From positions 1 through 58,856 of the IMG/VR virus record IMGVR_UViG_3300030105_003283: 58,856 nucleotides of DNA, one strand, 5' to 3'. Shown one piece after another: positions 9,620-19,798 of this stretch; position 1 is the stretch's first letter; every line of letters begins with the position of its first letter. Below the pieces are notes generated by a model. It saw only the letters and a list, made by a program, of their open reading frames with translations, was not told the origin of the DNA and searched no databases. Both the position numbers and the translations under genes were made by a program. This stretch comes from a virus (Duplodnaviria; Caudoviricetes).

Positions 9620-10494
9620 ATTCCCACCTTTTCAAAAAATTCTGACAATGATTCTGGCGTTGCGTGATGTGGGACTTTCCCATCCTTGAAAACGGGTTGC
9701 TGTAAATAGCTTAGAAGTTTTGATTCATCAGATAACACTTCCTGTATCTGGTCGATAGCCTCTTCGTCAGAACTAAAGTCACTTATGTCAATAAAGGCTT
9801 TTTTATTAAAGTCTTCTCCTACATTCTTTGGCCCCCAGTATATGGGTAGACATCCGGCGTAGAAAGCGTGAAGTATTTTTTCGCAAACATATCCATCTCT
9901 AGGGTCGTTCTCAAAGCATAGATTAGACTTGAAGTTTGATATAAACTCTATCTTTTCTAGGTAGTCGCTGTTTCCTGATTTTTCAACCATCTCGGCTGTG
10001 TTTCTAAGGAAGTCTCCACCGTGCGCAACATCAATCCGTTGTGAGATCGCGGGATAGAAGTCGGCGCGTTTACCAAGAGTCCCAGAAGCTACGGAGCAGC
10101 ATGGCTTTTCTCTGTGAGATATCTCTCTGCTACAGAGCTTTTCTAGAGAGACGTAATATGTTGGCCCACGATTTATGTCGTGTGCAGGAGCGTTATTCCA
10201 ATTAATTTGCGTTGCCCAGAAAGGAATCCTGTAATTTCTCTCGTCGTCTAGATTGCAGCTATTAAAAGAGTAGTCACAGTTGTCATAATTGGGTTCGCCA
10301 ATCCTGTTCATAGACTCTATAAACCAAGATATTGTTACGGCGTTGTTGTCCTTGTGAGGTCTGGGCCCCTGACAAACTATTATGTCCGCACCATCATTAA
10401 CAATTTCCACACGATGTCTTAACTTAAGAGCCACCGTTATGATATTGTCGTGGACTGGAAAACCTCCCCAGAAATTCTCGAACTTAATTCTCAT
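9616..10494 (-). CDS. GT10 alpha-1,3/4-fucosyltransferase
   Basis: FENFW at N-terminus; KIEFISNFKSNLCFEN..GYVCEKILHAFYAGCLPIYWG signature. Confidence 0.9.
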   Translation of the reverse strand: MRIKFENFWGGFPVHDNIITVALKLRHRVEIVNDGADIIVCQGPRPHKDNNAVTISWFIESMNRIGEPNYDNCDYSFNSCNLDDERNYRIPFWATQINWNNAPAHDINRGPTYYVSLEKLCSREISHREKPCCSVASGTLGKRADFYPAISQRIDVAHGGDFLRNTAEMVEKSGNSDYLEKIEFISNFKSNLCFENDPRDGYVCEKILHAFYAGCLPIYWGPKNVGEDFNKKAFIDISDFSSDEEAIDQIQEVLSDESKLLSYLQQPVFKDGKVPHHATPESLSEFFEKVGI

Positions 10495-11297
10495 TAATAG
10501 TGTCCTATTTTATTTAACTCTTTTGTTATGTATTTACCCACAGCTTCAGGGGAACACTTTTCTTTCCACCATTTTTTGGTTCGTTCATGGTAATCTCTGA
10601 GCAGCTCTTGGTTCTCTAGTATTGATGGAAGCATATTTGATAGATCGAGCCAATCATTAATCTCTATGTGTGGAGCGTCCTTATAAAACCACACATCGGG
10701 TTTTGGTTCACTAATTATTACACAGCCAGCCCTAGCGGCTTCAAAATACCTAAAGGTCTCACTGCTTGTATATCCTTTGGGACATAACGCCACTTTGCTG
10801 TTATACATGACCTTAGCATATTCAGGAATACTCAAACCCTTTGCCCACCCCTCATAGAACAGAACAAACCTCTGATGTTCATCTGAGGGTAAACGGTCTA
10901 TAGAAAACTTTAAAGCGTGCCTAGTGGCCTCACAGGGAGCCTCTGGGAGCGTTCCGCTAAAGCTATAGGCGTATTCCCTATCTTCAAATGTCACATCCTC
11001 ATGCTCAAACCCCTGAAGGTATCCAAGCGGCAAAGCTTTTACTTTTGGGTGTTGTTGTTCTGGTAGATAATTTCTAAATGTCAGTAGTACGTTTGGATGA
11101 TTGGTGAACTTCTCATGATATTTGTGATGTTCATCTGACGTGACAAGAAGTATGCATTTATTTTTAGTCTTTGGAATATCCTGATCCCACTTCATGAAAA
11201 CAATATCTAAATCGTCTATAATGTTGACGTGTTTGGTTATCAGGTTGAAGTAGTCATACTCCCACTTTCCATCTAGTTGTTCTATTAATGTTTTCAT
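10494..11297 (-). CDS. Exostosin/GT47-like glycosyltransferase
   Basis: LPLGY, FSG, YAKVMYNSKVALCPKG..ETFRYFEAARAGCV. Confidence 0.75.
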   Translation of the reverse strand: MKTLIEQLDGKWEYDYFNLITKHVNIIDDLDIVFMKWDQDIPKTKNKCILLVTSDEHHKYHEKFTNHPNVLLTFRNYLPEQQHPKVKALPLGYLQGFEHEDVTFEDREYAYSFSGTLPEAPCEATRHALKFSIDRLPSDEHQRFVLFYEGWAKGLSIPEYAKVMYNSKVALCPKGYTSSETFRYFEAARAGCVIISEPKPDVWFYKDAPHIEINDWLDLSNMLPSILENQELLRDYHERTKKWWKEKCSPEAVGKYITKELNKIGHY

Positions 11298-11932
11298 TTT
11301 ACTTTTTCATACAAGGCTAGACCCACAGAATTTTCCGACTCTTCGTTTGGCCATTCTCCCATTACTCCAGAAAGACATTCTATTTCCTTCCAGCTTTCGC
11401 TATTTTCAAGGTATGGTCTTAACGCGGCGTTCTTGATAGAGAATCCACCCTCTATTCTTTCTTCTACTTCCCAGTCGTGAGACGCAAACATGGTTCCTAC
11501 AGGAACAACCTCTTCAAGCATCTTAAAGTCTTCTAAGTTTAATTCTGGATGCTCTGGCCCATCAAAGAATATAAAGTCTGGAATTATGTTGCTGGAAATC
11601 AACCTAGTTAAAAACTCGGTAGAATAGTCACACGACACTCTGACAAAATCTTTGTAGTCTGGATGGCTAGAAAAATAGGGTTTCGATTTGTCAATTTCCA
11701 CTGGGTCAGCATCACAAGTATAGAATTTTGTATCGACACACTCGCCATCATCTTTTAGCGTCTTTAAAGCGTGTGCTATTTGGATGGTAGATCCACCACC
11801 CTCGCCGCCGCCAACCTCAAATATAACAGATGGCTTTTTTTTGCACACCCACTCATGCAGTTTGTCTCTTTCAAAGAAGTGCATCTGACCGCTCAAGTCC
11901 TCTAGTTCTGGGTGATTATATTTATTAGACAT
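11294..11932 (-). CDS. Class I SAM-dependent methyltransferase
   Basis: IFEVGGGEGGGST, DFIFFDG, FASHDW. Confidence 0.7.
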   Translation of the reverse strand: MSNKYNHPELEDLSGQMHFFERDKLHEWVCKKKPSVIFEVGGGEGGGSTIQIAHALKTLKDDGECVDTKFYTCDADPVEIDKSKPYFSSHPDYKDFVRVSCDYSTEFLTRLISSNIIPDFIFFDGPEHPELNLEDFKMLEEVVPVGTMFASHDWEVEERIEGGFSIKNAALRPYLENSESWKEIECLSGVMGEWPNEESENSVGLALYEKVK

Positions 11933-12767
11933 CTACAAACTCCTTTAGGTTCTTGCTGTGTATATGTAGGTTGAATATCTTGACTCCGTTTACCGATGGT
12001 TGGCCGTCAAACTCCACGCTTAGGCTTTCGTTGTCAATGAGCTGACCTATGAAGTGTTGAGGATCTGTGAATCCTGATGAGTGACCGTTGTTCGTGCCGC
12101 CCAAAAACTGACCATAAGATCCGGGATCAAAAACCATTTCGCGGCTCTGTGTTGGTAGCGTGGGAAACGCAGCTACAATATGCTCTCTGAAGGCCATATG
12201 TAATAAAGACATTTCACTAACATGATCGCGAAGATGTTGCGACAACCTAGTTTCACCATAGGAAGACATCAGCCAATTGAAATACTTGCACACCTTTTGC
12301 AGGTGGTCAAATTCTGGTATGTGGGAAAACGCAAACGTGGCCTTGTTGTGAGACATCGGAAGTATCATTGCCACCTCGTCAAGAACCGGAACTGTCGACA
12401 GGTCACCGTACAGCAAAACGTCGTTCTCAAAATGGAAAACGTTTTTGAGGTCGTTTTGAGATATGTAGGCTTCTAGGTAATAAATTCTCTCTGCCGTGCG
12501 ATGCCAGAACAACTCTGGGCTTGGATGGGTTGTGTTGGGTGTGCCATGTCTCTTAAACCAGCAGCACTCATTAAATTCTCTCAATAAGTCGCTATCTATA
12601 GACCCTTGGGAAACCCACTTTATATCCAGCTCATCGAATATGTCCTGATTGTCCGCACATATAAATCTAATGTCGGCATCTGGATTGGTTTTACGGGCTT
12701 GTCGCAGAGATATCTTTGTGTACTCTGGAATGTCGCCGCCGTCAGATATAAAGGTATTTATAATCAT
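11925..12767 (-). CDS. Putative GT-A glycosyltransferase-like protein
   Basis: FWHRTAER, FHFENDVLLY, FDPGSYGQFLGG, IFNLHIHSK; cluster context. Confidence 0.55.
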   Translation of the reverse strand: MIINTFISDGGDIPEYTKISLRQARKTNPDADIRFICADNQDIFDELDIKWVSQGSIDSDLLREFNECCWFKRHGTPNTTHPSPELFWHRTAERIYYLEAYISQNDLKNVFHFENDVLLYGDLSTVPVLDEVAMILPMSHNKATFAFSHIPEFDHLQKVCKYFNWLMSSYGETRLSQHLRDHVSEMSLLHMAFREHIVAAFPTLPTQSREMVFDPGSYGQFLGGTNNGHSSGFTDPQHFIGQLIDNESLSVEFDGQPSVNGVKIFNLHIHSKNLKEFVDV

Positions 12768-12768
12768 G

Positions 12769-13491
12769 TTAAGTCCAGCTATGTATCGTGAACAGATCTA
12801 TATCTTTCTCGGAATTTATTTTTACCAAGTTGTTGATTTCTTCTTTAGACCAAGAGTGGTTCGCCATCTTGCCATTGAGTTGAGTCTTGGTCTTTTGTAT
12901 ATTATATACATGTGGGTGATGTTTTGTCACATAATTTCCATACAGCTCAAATTCTGACAGCAGGCAATCGTCTGAAACATTGTCATTGCAGAAATCCAAA
13001 AATTCATTGACGTCTGGTACAATTTTTCTACAAATGGTTTTGTCAAGCATCATAAAATCGTTAATAAAAGTGAAGTCTACTTGTCTGCTTAGACCATAAG
13101 CCTTTTCCATAAAGTGGAAATAAGCGTCATGCTTTTGGTCTCTGTCGCTAATGAAAAATTTAGGCTTTTCTTCATCAAAAAGATTGATGGCTCTATTGAA
13201 TATTAAATCGCTATCGACACATAAATAGTGGTTGTTTTTGGTAAAGTCTTGACACAACTTAATAAATTGCTGATATATCCAGTTTGGCCTGCGGTAGTTT
13301 ATATCGCCTTTTTTAATTGCTATAGCTTCGTCGTCATGAACGTGAATCAAGCCATCCGACTCAACCCTGTCTGGCGACACTATGTATATACCTTCCGGCT
13401 TTGGGTTAAAAAACTCAAGACAGGAGTTTATACAAAACCCAAGCTTAACATAATCTTTTGGATGGCACAAAACCACTAAATCATAGTTCAT
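12769..13491 (-). CDS. Putative nucleotide-diphospho-sugar transferase (DUF6492-like)
   Basis: WIYQQFIKL, YLCVDSD (DxD), SEFELYGNY. Confidence 0.65.
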   Translation of the reverse strand: MNYDLVVLCHPKDYVKLGFCINSCLEFFNPKPEGIYIVSPDRVESDGLIHVHDDEAIAIKKGDINYRRPNWIYQQFIKLCQDFTKNNHYLCVDSDLIFNRAINLFDEEKPKFFISDRDQKHDAYFHFMEKAYGLSRQVDFTFINDFMMLDKTICRKIVPDVNEFLDFCNDNVSDDCLLSEFELYGNYVTKHHPHVYNIQKTKTQLNGKMANHSWSKEEINNLVKINSEKDIDLFTIHSWT

Positions 13492-14281
13492 TGTTGATCC
13501 TTTTGCTCCAGTAAGACATTTTTAGCAGATCGGAATCAAATAGAGATCCGTCAACATATTTATAGGCTTGCTCAAGAAAGTCTTTGGTGATGTCTTCCCA
13601 CCGATTCACAAAAAGAATAGGAAGGTCTTTGTTAAACTTGTGAGCAGCATAAAGTTTACATATTGGAACACACCCCATATATAAGGCCTCCCAAAGTCGA
13701 TGGGTGTCAACTCCATTTCCTCTTGGGCACAAACAAAAAGCGTATTTTGCCAAGTTGTTGCAAAACAGACTGTGCTGAGATCTGTCCCCGTTGGCTCCAG
13801 TATATGTGTCGTATGTGTCCGGACGCAGGACGCTTAAGGCGTGGTTTCTTTCTGGGTGAGTGGCCGGATTAAACTGCACAAAGGCTTTGGCAGTTCGTGG
13901 CTCTTTAGGTTTTGTTTCTAGCATTATCTGCTGCTTGTAAGGAAACCAATACTCATTTTCTAACCCTATTGGCAGAGAGTATACGCCGTCCCGATCAATT
14001 CCTCTGTTTTGCGCGAACCATCTATGAAGGTTAGCGGGTACGTCGCCACATTCCGCCAACAGGTCACTATTATGAGTGACGAGCGTAAATAGATTGTCTG
14101 GATTGGCCCGAATAACACCCATTGCTGCTGAGAGATTTTCTGTTTTTGCGTATATGCTAACATGTTCTTTGTCAGGAACCTCAAGCTGTTCTGTGTAGGG
14201 TAGGTTTCCCTCTGTCCCCACACGCATGTCGCACACATGAGGAAAATATTCTCCTCTTATAAACTCTTCTGGATCTATCAT
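13481..14281 (-). CDS. Exostosin/GT47-like glycosyltransferase
   Basis: THNSD, WFAQN, LPIGLEN, FCLCPRGNGVDTHRLWEALYMGCVPI. Confidence 0.75.
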   Translation of the reverse strand: MIDPEEFIRGEYFPHVCDMRVGTEGNLPYTEQLEVPDKEHVSIYAKTENLSAAMGVIRANPDNLFTLVTHNSDLLAECGDVPANLHRWFAQNRGIDRDGVYSLPIGLENEYWFPYKQQIMLETKPKEPRTAKAFVQFNPATHPERNHALSVLRPDTYDTYTGANGDRSQHSLFCNNLAKYAFCLCPRGNGVDTHRLWEALYMGCVPICKLYAAHKFNKDLPILFVNRWEDITKDFLEQAYKYVDGSLFDSDLLKMSYWSKRINNEL

Positions 14282-15162
14282 TCTAGTCCCTCAAGTATGT
14301 CTATTTCTTGATGTGGGCAAACGATATCGCTAAAGTCAATCTTGTCAACATTTAATCTCTTGCCGGACATATAGAGATGATTTAGCTCGGAGGGTGTATA
14401 GCTAAATTGGTCACCAGACCTATTTTCCGCACATGACTGAACTCTGTTATTGGGGCTATTTACAACACAGCTTTGTTCCAAGGCGTACATCATTACCGGG
14501 AGATCAAAATAGAATCTTTGTAGCTTGGATTCAAACTCGTTTGGGGTTTGGCTCCAGCACCAGTTTTCTCTTGGGATACCTCTGTGCTGATAATGTTTAT
14601 TTAGAACTTCAAGCTCTATGCAGAATTCTAACATTGTCTCTCTTTTAAATATGTGACCGTCTACTGAGAGCGGATATGCCCAGTAGCCACATGTGGGTAT
14701 ACTTGTTCTGTTCCACACTATGAATGGCGGATCGCTAAAAACCTCTCCGGGAATGTTGTCATTCCTAAGCGTTCCGTCGCCGTAGTCTCTTTGTGTTGTA
14801 TTGACGCCCATCCTAAGACTAAAGCACGAGGCTCCGGAATTAAAAACATGATTTAGCTGGAGATTGTTTATGGACACTTTGCGGTAAACAATATTGTCAT
14901 CAGTAAAGAAACATACATAGTTAGATGCGGCTCCGCTAACGATCCCCAATATATCTACGAATAAGGAGTGTGACTGCTCATAAAACGAAACGTTGGGGTG
15001 TTCCGCCTTGAGATTTTCATAGGATTCTTTATACTGCCGTTCTGACGTTTTGTATATAACTATCACATCGTCACAGAGATCAAAGTTTTTCCCAATCGTT
15101 TTCAGCGTTAAGTCAAGCTGTAACGCCCTATCCTTACTGAATATTATTGAAGTAATCAACAA
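14278..15162 (-). CDS. GT-A (GT2-like) glycosyltransferase
   Basis: IIFSKDRALQL, FFTDD, FSLRMG, YPLSVDGH, PNEFE. Confidence 0.65.
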   Translation of the reverse strand: MLITSIIFSKDRALQLDLTLKTIGKNFDLCDDVIVIYKTSERQYKESYENLKAEHPNVSFYEQSHSLFVDILGIVSGAASNYVCFFTDDNIVYRKVSINNLQLNHVFNSGASCFSLRMGVNTTQRDYGDGTLRNDNIPGEVFSDPPFIVWNRTSIPTCGYWAYPLSVDGHIFKRETMLEFCIELEVLNKHYQHRGIPRENWCWSQTPNEFESKLQRFYFDLPVMMYALEQSCVVNSPNNRVQSCAENRSGDQFSYTPSELNHLYMSGKRLNVDKIDFSDIVCPHQEIDILEGLE

Positions 15163-16099
15163 ATTTTTCCTTGTTTTTATAGAACCAGCTCACTGTTTCT
15201 TTTAGCCCTTTGTAGAGCTCTGTCTTGGCTTGGAAGCCAAGCACCTTGTAAGCCCTACTTGTATCGAGACATCTTCGGGGCTGTCCGTCCGGATAATCGG
15301 AATTAAATTTTATTTTGCCTTCATACCCCATAATTTCTGATAGGGTTTCTGCTAATTTTCTGATTGTTATCTCGCTACACGTTCCAATGTTTATGGGGTG
15401 AGGAGTTGTGTCTCTTTCTAAACATAGGGAAATGGCGGATGCGCAATCGTCCACATATAGAAATTCACGACTAGCCGAGCCCGTTCCCCACAACTCCACA
15501 CTTGAATCATTATCTTCGATAGCTTTTGCAAACTTTAAGATAAGAGCTGGTATAACATGACTCTTTACTGGATCAAAATTATCATTCGGCCCGTACATAT
15601 TAACTGGTATTAGATTGGTGCAGTTGAAGTCATACTGTTTGTTATAGGCTATTAAAAGCTCCATCAGTGTTTTTTTTGCAATTCCGTATGGAGCGTTGGT
15701 TTCTTCAGGATATCCATTCCAAATGTCCTCCTCTTTAAAGGGTACAGGAGTGAACTTGGGATATGCGCAAACAGTTCCCACCATTACAAACTTTTTAAGC
15801 TTGCCATATTTTCTACATGACTCGATTAGGTTCATGCCCATTGATAGATTGTCGTACATATAGAGTCCCGGATTTTCTCTGTTCGCACCTATACCTCCGC
15901 ACGTTGCCGCCAAGTGCACTACGACGTCCGGACTGAATTCGCTTAGAGCATAATCAACATATTTTTGCTTAGTTAGGTCCCATTGAGCCTTTCCGGATAA
16001 TGGAATAACTTCATACGCTTTATTTTTTTTAATTTGGCGACACACAGACTTTCCTAAAAACCCGTTTGCTCCCGTTACCAATATTTTTTCTTTTTTCAT
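15134..16099 (-). CDS. fcl: GDP-L-fucose synthase
   Basis: VTGANGFLG, HLAATCGGIGAN, GTVCAYPK, PYGIAK, NMYGPNDNF, SHVIPALI, WGTGSASREFLYVDD. Confidence 0.93.
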   Translation of the reverse strand: MKKEKILVTGANGFLGKSVCRQIKKNKAYEVIPLSGKAQWDLTKQKYVDYALSEFSPDVVVHLAATCGGIGANRENPGLYMYDNLSMGMNLIESCRKYGKLKKFVMVGTVCAYPKFTPVPFKEEDIWNGYPEETNAPYGIAKKTLMELLIAYNKQYDFNCTNLIPVNMYGPNDNFDPVKSHVIPALILKFAKAIEDNDSSVELWGTGSASREFLYVDDCASAISLCLERDTTPHPINIGTCSEITIRKLAETLSEIMGYEGKIKFNSDYPDGQPRRCLDTSRAYKVLGFQAKTELYKGLKETVSWFYKNKEKFVDYFNNIQ

Positions 16100-17128
16100 T
16101 TAAAGACTCCTTGCTACTTCAATCATTTGTTTAGATAGATCATCAAATCCACACTCTTCTAATATCGTAGCACACCTATGAAAACCTGTATGGTTCTCTT
16201 TGACGTACCTATGTCCCCTTTTAGCTATGGCTTCACGTTCTTCCGGAGCGTCTAGGTAATGGTTTATTTTTTTCTCAAAGTCTTCTGGAGAGTTGGCGAT
16301 AACGATTCCATCGCCAAACATCTTATAAGAACTAACCTTGTCGGAAATACAGAACCCTCCTGAATATAAGATCTTAAAGATTCTTTCGTTTACATCTATT
16401 CCAAACTCGTGAGCATGGGGCTCGCTTAGATTTGGACATATTTTTGCAGAAACAAATAAATTCTTAACGTCAGAGTCGCTTATAGCTCCACAATACTGGT
16501 TAACCTTCCAAGGCTGATTCCCGAAAATCTTGACTTTGTGTTTACCCACGGGATCTAGTAGCGGGAACAGATACTTGTCTATAATTAGACCTTTGTGTGG
16601 CCAGTAGCCACCCACGAAGCCAATGTCACATTTTAATTTTTCGTCTACTACCGCTCCCGAATACATAATGGTGTCGGCACACATCATCAGGGAAACTGGC
16701 TTGATGCCTATTGTTTCATAGTGATTGTGAGTTACCTTCATGGCCTGCCCGCCGTAGTGTATATGAACAAAGTCGGGCTTCCCGGTTTCTTCTTTAAGTT
16801 TTTCCAAGACCTGTTTCTCTTGCTCAGAGCAAAACAGTATATTGTATTTCTGCTTATCTACTATTGGTTCGTGATCGCCCCAGTCGCCAGCCCTTAAGCC
16901 AACCTTGAGGTGCGGCCTTTCCTTGATACACTTTATCGTGGCGTCATCTAGATTGTACGACTGTCCCATAAAAATGTCCGGCTCGAACATATCAAACGCA
17001 TCAAAAGCTGATACGGATTTATAGTCCCAAAGCTCGGCCTCGATGCCACAGGCGTCAAAGGCGTGCTTCCAAGCGACTCTCTGAAAAAAGTGCGCGTGGG
17101 TTCCGTCACTAGATATCATTACCTTCAT
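16100..17128 (-). CDS. GT-B glycosyltransferase (CgeB / Glyco_trans_1_2-like)
   Basis: DIGFVGG, SAKICPN, NERIFK..GGFCISD, REAIAKRG..HT..HR. Confidence 0.75.
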   Translation of the reverse strand: MKVMISSDGTHAHFFQRVAWKHAFDACGIEAELWDYKSVSAFDAFDMFEPDIFMGQSYNLDDATIKCIKERPHLKVGLRAGDWGDHEPIVDKQKYNILFCSEQEKQVLEKLKEETGKPDFVHIHYGGQAMKVTHNHYETIGIKPVSLMMCADTIMYSGAVVDEKLKCDIGFVGGYWPHKGLIIDKYLFPLLDPVGKHKVKIFGNQPWKVNQYCGAISDSDVKNLFVSAKICPNLSEPHAHEFGIDVNERIFKILYSGGFCISDKVSSYKMFGDGIVIANSPEDFEKKINHYLDAPEEREAIAKRGHRYVKENHTGFHRCATILEECGFDDLSKQMIEVARSL

Positions 17129-17844
17129 TACTTTAAGTCCTTTATTCGATCTATTTCAAGTATGGACATACCTGCTGGCTCATAGCATTTAAATTTTGCT
17201 CCCATAGATATCATCTTGTTTAGGATTTCAAATGACAACATTTTCTTGTGCGTGTGATCAAACTTGTTAAATATATTCTTTAGTATCTTCATTTCTTTTC
17301 CGGTAACGTATGCCATCTGACACCACTTTGTTGAAAGTCCATAAGAGAAGATTGTCGCGGTATCCTCGAAAACGGTGAGGCCAACCTCCTTATTTAAGAT
17401 CATGTCCTTATTATCAACTATAACAAAAGATTTGGAATAGTCAACATTTTTCAGCGTAGATGTGTTAAAATATAAATCACCATGCATAAATAGAAAGTTT
17501 TTCTTTAGGCCGTTGTTGAATGCGAGACGTATACTTTCTGAGGTGTTTGTTTCGTCGTGAATTTGGTTTTCAACTATTCTAACGTCTCCTCTCATCTTTT
17601 TTATAATCTTTTCAGCCTTGCATCCGACTACGGCGATTATATCCGGAGACTCAAAACAATCTCTTATTGTCGACAGTTGATGCTCTATTAGAGTTTTGTT
17701 TCCTATCTTTATTAGACTTCTTGGTTCGTGAGACTTAATCCTAGAACCTGATCCAGCACTAAGTATGGCAATTGTCGTATCCGACATATTGTTATAAGAT
17801 TTGTGCTTGCTGTTTGTTATTTTTGTGGTAAATCTACCGCTCAT
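17128..17844 (-). CDS. Sugar/phosphocholine nucleotidyltransferase-like (NTP_transf)
   Basis: AILSAGSGSRI..PRSLIKI, TNTSESI, FMHGDLYF, EID. Confidence 0.7.
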   Translation of the reverse strand: MSGRFTTKITNSKHKSYNNMSDTTIAILSAGSGSRIKSHEPRSLIKIGNKTLIEHQLSTIRDCFESPDIIAVVGCKAEKIIKKMRGDVRIVENQIHDETNTSESIRLAFNNGLKKNFLFMHGDLYFNTSTLKNVDYSKSFVIVDNKDMILNKEVGLTVFEDTATIFSYGLSTKWCQMAYVTGKEMKILKNIFNKFDHTHKKMLSFEILNKMISMGAKFKCYEPAGMSILEIDRIKDLK

Positions 17845-18593
17845 TACCTACTGCCTAAAATCTGAGCATGTTTTTGAAAGATCTCGCCTGTCATTTTTAG
17901 TGACTGGTTGTTCCCGTGTTCGTTTGCTCTAGCCAAACACTCTGGAACATGTGTAATCATACATATTTTTGATAACCTTATCCACAGGTCATAGTCCTCG
18001 GTACATCCTATAAATCCTTGGCTTGCCGGACCATGCAGCCTGCTGTCAAAAAATTCTCCGTTGGGAAGCCTAACGGCTTCTAGGTACTCTTTTTTGATAA
18101 GTGAATTGCTATGGACTATACACCTCTGTAATAATACCTGTCTATCGTATGGTGGCTTTAGCTCTTGCTTTGAGTATACTGGAGTCCTTATGTCGTAGTC
18201 AGCGTAAGCAACTCCGACCTCTGGGTATTCAACCAGCTTGGCAACAAGCTTCTCAACCTTTTTAGGATAGTACTCATCATCAGAGTCTAGTATGCCGAAG
18301 ATGTCAGCCCATTCTAAAGCCGCCTCAATAGCTACGTTTCTAGCAACACTAGCTCCCGAGTTTTCTATCCTCATGAAGTTGTATTTGTCTTCTTCGCTTA
18401 TAAGAGAAGCGTGTTCGCCTTTTTCCTTTTTATATTCCGAAAGCTTCTCCCAAGAGTCGTCCGATGAGCCATCATCTACTAAGAAAATTTTGATTGGACC
18501 ATCGTAGGTTTGGTTTTCTATGCTTTTTATTGCATTAATAACATAATCGCCATAGTTATAGTTGGCTATAATAATTGCCACTTTAGGATTCAT
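17844..18593 (-). CDS. GT2 glycosyltransferase
   Basis: IIIANYN, VDDGSSD, NSGASVARN, LDSDD, EDYDLW. Confidence 0.9.
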   Translation of the reverse strand: MNPKVAIIIANYNYGDYVINAIKSIENQTYDGPIKIFLVDDGSSDDSWEKLSEYKKEKGEHASLISEEDKYNFMRIENSGASVARNVAIEAALEWADIFGILDSDDEYYPKKVEKLVAKLVEYPEVGVAYADYDIRTPVYSKQELKPPYDRQVLLQRCIVHSNSLIKKEYLEAVRLPNGEFFDSRLHGPASQGFIGCTEDYDLWIRLSKICMITHVPECLARANEHGNNQSLKMTGEIFQKHAQILGSR

Positions 18594-19377
18594 TAAATTC
18601 GCTCCAGTCAATAAGTGTTTGATCGTCGCTTTCTATCGCCGCCTCTTCAACCTTCTCTAAAAACGGCCTGTTGTCCACAATCTCGTCCTGAAAGAGTTTT
18701 GGCTTGTTTCCATTTACGAACTTAAATAGCGCGGTTTGAAACAGCAATCCATTAACTCCGGAATACGGCTTAACCACCATGAGTTTTTTTATATCTAAAT
18801 TCACACGCTTGTGGATTCTGTATATCAGATCCCTCGGAATACTTTCTCCGGCAGAGGTCACATAAACATATCCGTTTTTCGCGTGCTTGAACGCCTCATC
18901 TATAGTCCTAATTGGGTCTTCTATTTTAACTTCTAGCTGCAATATGTGATATTCTGTTTCATCGAAGTCAAACATGGGCTGGAGAATCTCAAAGATTCCT
19001 TCGTTATATTGCACCTTGTCATTGATTACCACAACATATCTTGGGGCAATTGATTCCTGCCCTTTAATGTCTTCCAGCGTTTTTGCAAGATCATCTATGG
19101 CGTCTTCCTTGCTAGTATCTAACAATACAAAAAATCCAACACGAGGACTAATCTCCTTTAGTGCGGTCTCTTTAATGTCCTTTGATTCAGCTAGAGAAAG
19201 GTCGTTTAGCCATTCTTTTGGTCTGTAGGTGGTGCAAAATCTAGACAAAACAAAGAAGTTTTCATCATCTTTTTCTTGGATTCCCAGCTTAGACGCTCTG
19301 TCTAGCTTACAAGACAGCTGTTCTGTTTCGTTTACGTCTGCAAAAACACAACCTCTGCAACTGCTTTGTACACTCAT
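18583..19377 (-). CDS. Hypothetical protein (N-terminal Cys motif plus degenerate GT-A-like region)
   Basis: CRGCVF..C..FC motif; coupled ORF in glycan cluster. Confidence 0.45.
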   Translation of the reverse strand: MSVQSSCRGCVFADVNETEQLSCKLDRASKLGIQEKDDENFFVLSRFCTTYRPKEWLNDLSLAESKDIKETALKEISPRVGFFVLLDTSKEDAIDDLAKTLEDIKGQESIAPRYVVVINDKVQYNEGIFEILQPMFDFDETEYHILQLEVKIEDPIRTIDEAFKHAKNGYVYVTSAGESIPRDLIYRIHKRVNLDIKKLMVVKPYSGVNGLLFQTALFKFVNGNKPKLFQDEIVDNRPFLEKVEEAAIESDDQTLIDWSEFNES

Positions 19378-19796
19378 TGAGCTCTCCTTGCTTTGATCAC
19401 TATGTTCGATGTGGCTACATCAAAATGTTTCTCTGTAATTTGAAGGTTGTCGGGAATTAGTGATTGTATTGTTTCGGTGGAACATAGACTCTTAACACCT
19501 TCGCCCCTGAATAAAATACTGTTTAGAGACTTCTCATCTATTTCCTCCCTAGAAAGCTTTTGGGACAGGATGATGATGTCTGGTTGCACTATTGTAAGTT
19601 CTGACTTTAGCCTCATCTTAGATGCGATAATTTTCATCACTTCTGGAATTTCGTCATAGGAAAAAGAAGAAAGGAAATGATCACAAATTATAGATGTTGC
19701 TTCTCTGTCCTGAACCATATCATTAAACGATACAATATTGGAAGCCCATTTATATGACTTATCTACTGGCCCTGATGAAGAAAGGTGGATTCTCAT
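19374..19796 (-). CDS. Hypothetical protein, degenerate methyltransferase-like
   Basis: SIICDHFLSSF..KMRLKSELTIVQPD resembles Methyltransf_11 C-terminal half. Confidence 0.4.
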   Translation of the reverse strand: MRIHLSSSGPVDKSYKWASNIVSFNDMVQDREATSIICDHFLSSFSYDEIPEVMKIIASKMRLKSELTIVQPDIIILSQKLSREEIDEKSLNSILFRGEGVKSLCSTETIQSLIPDNLQITEKHFDVATSNIVIKARRAQ

Positions 19797-19798
19797 TT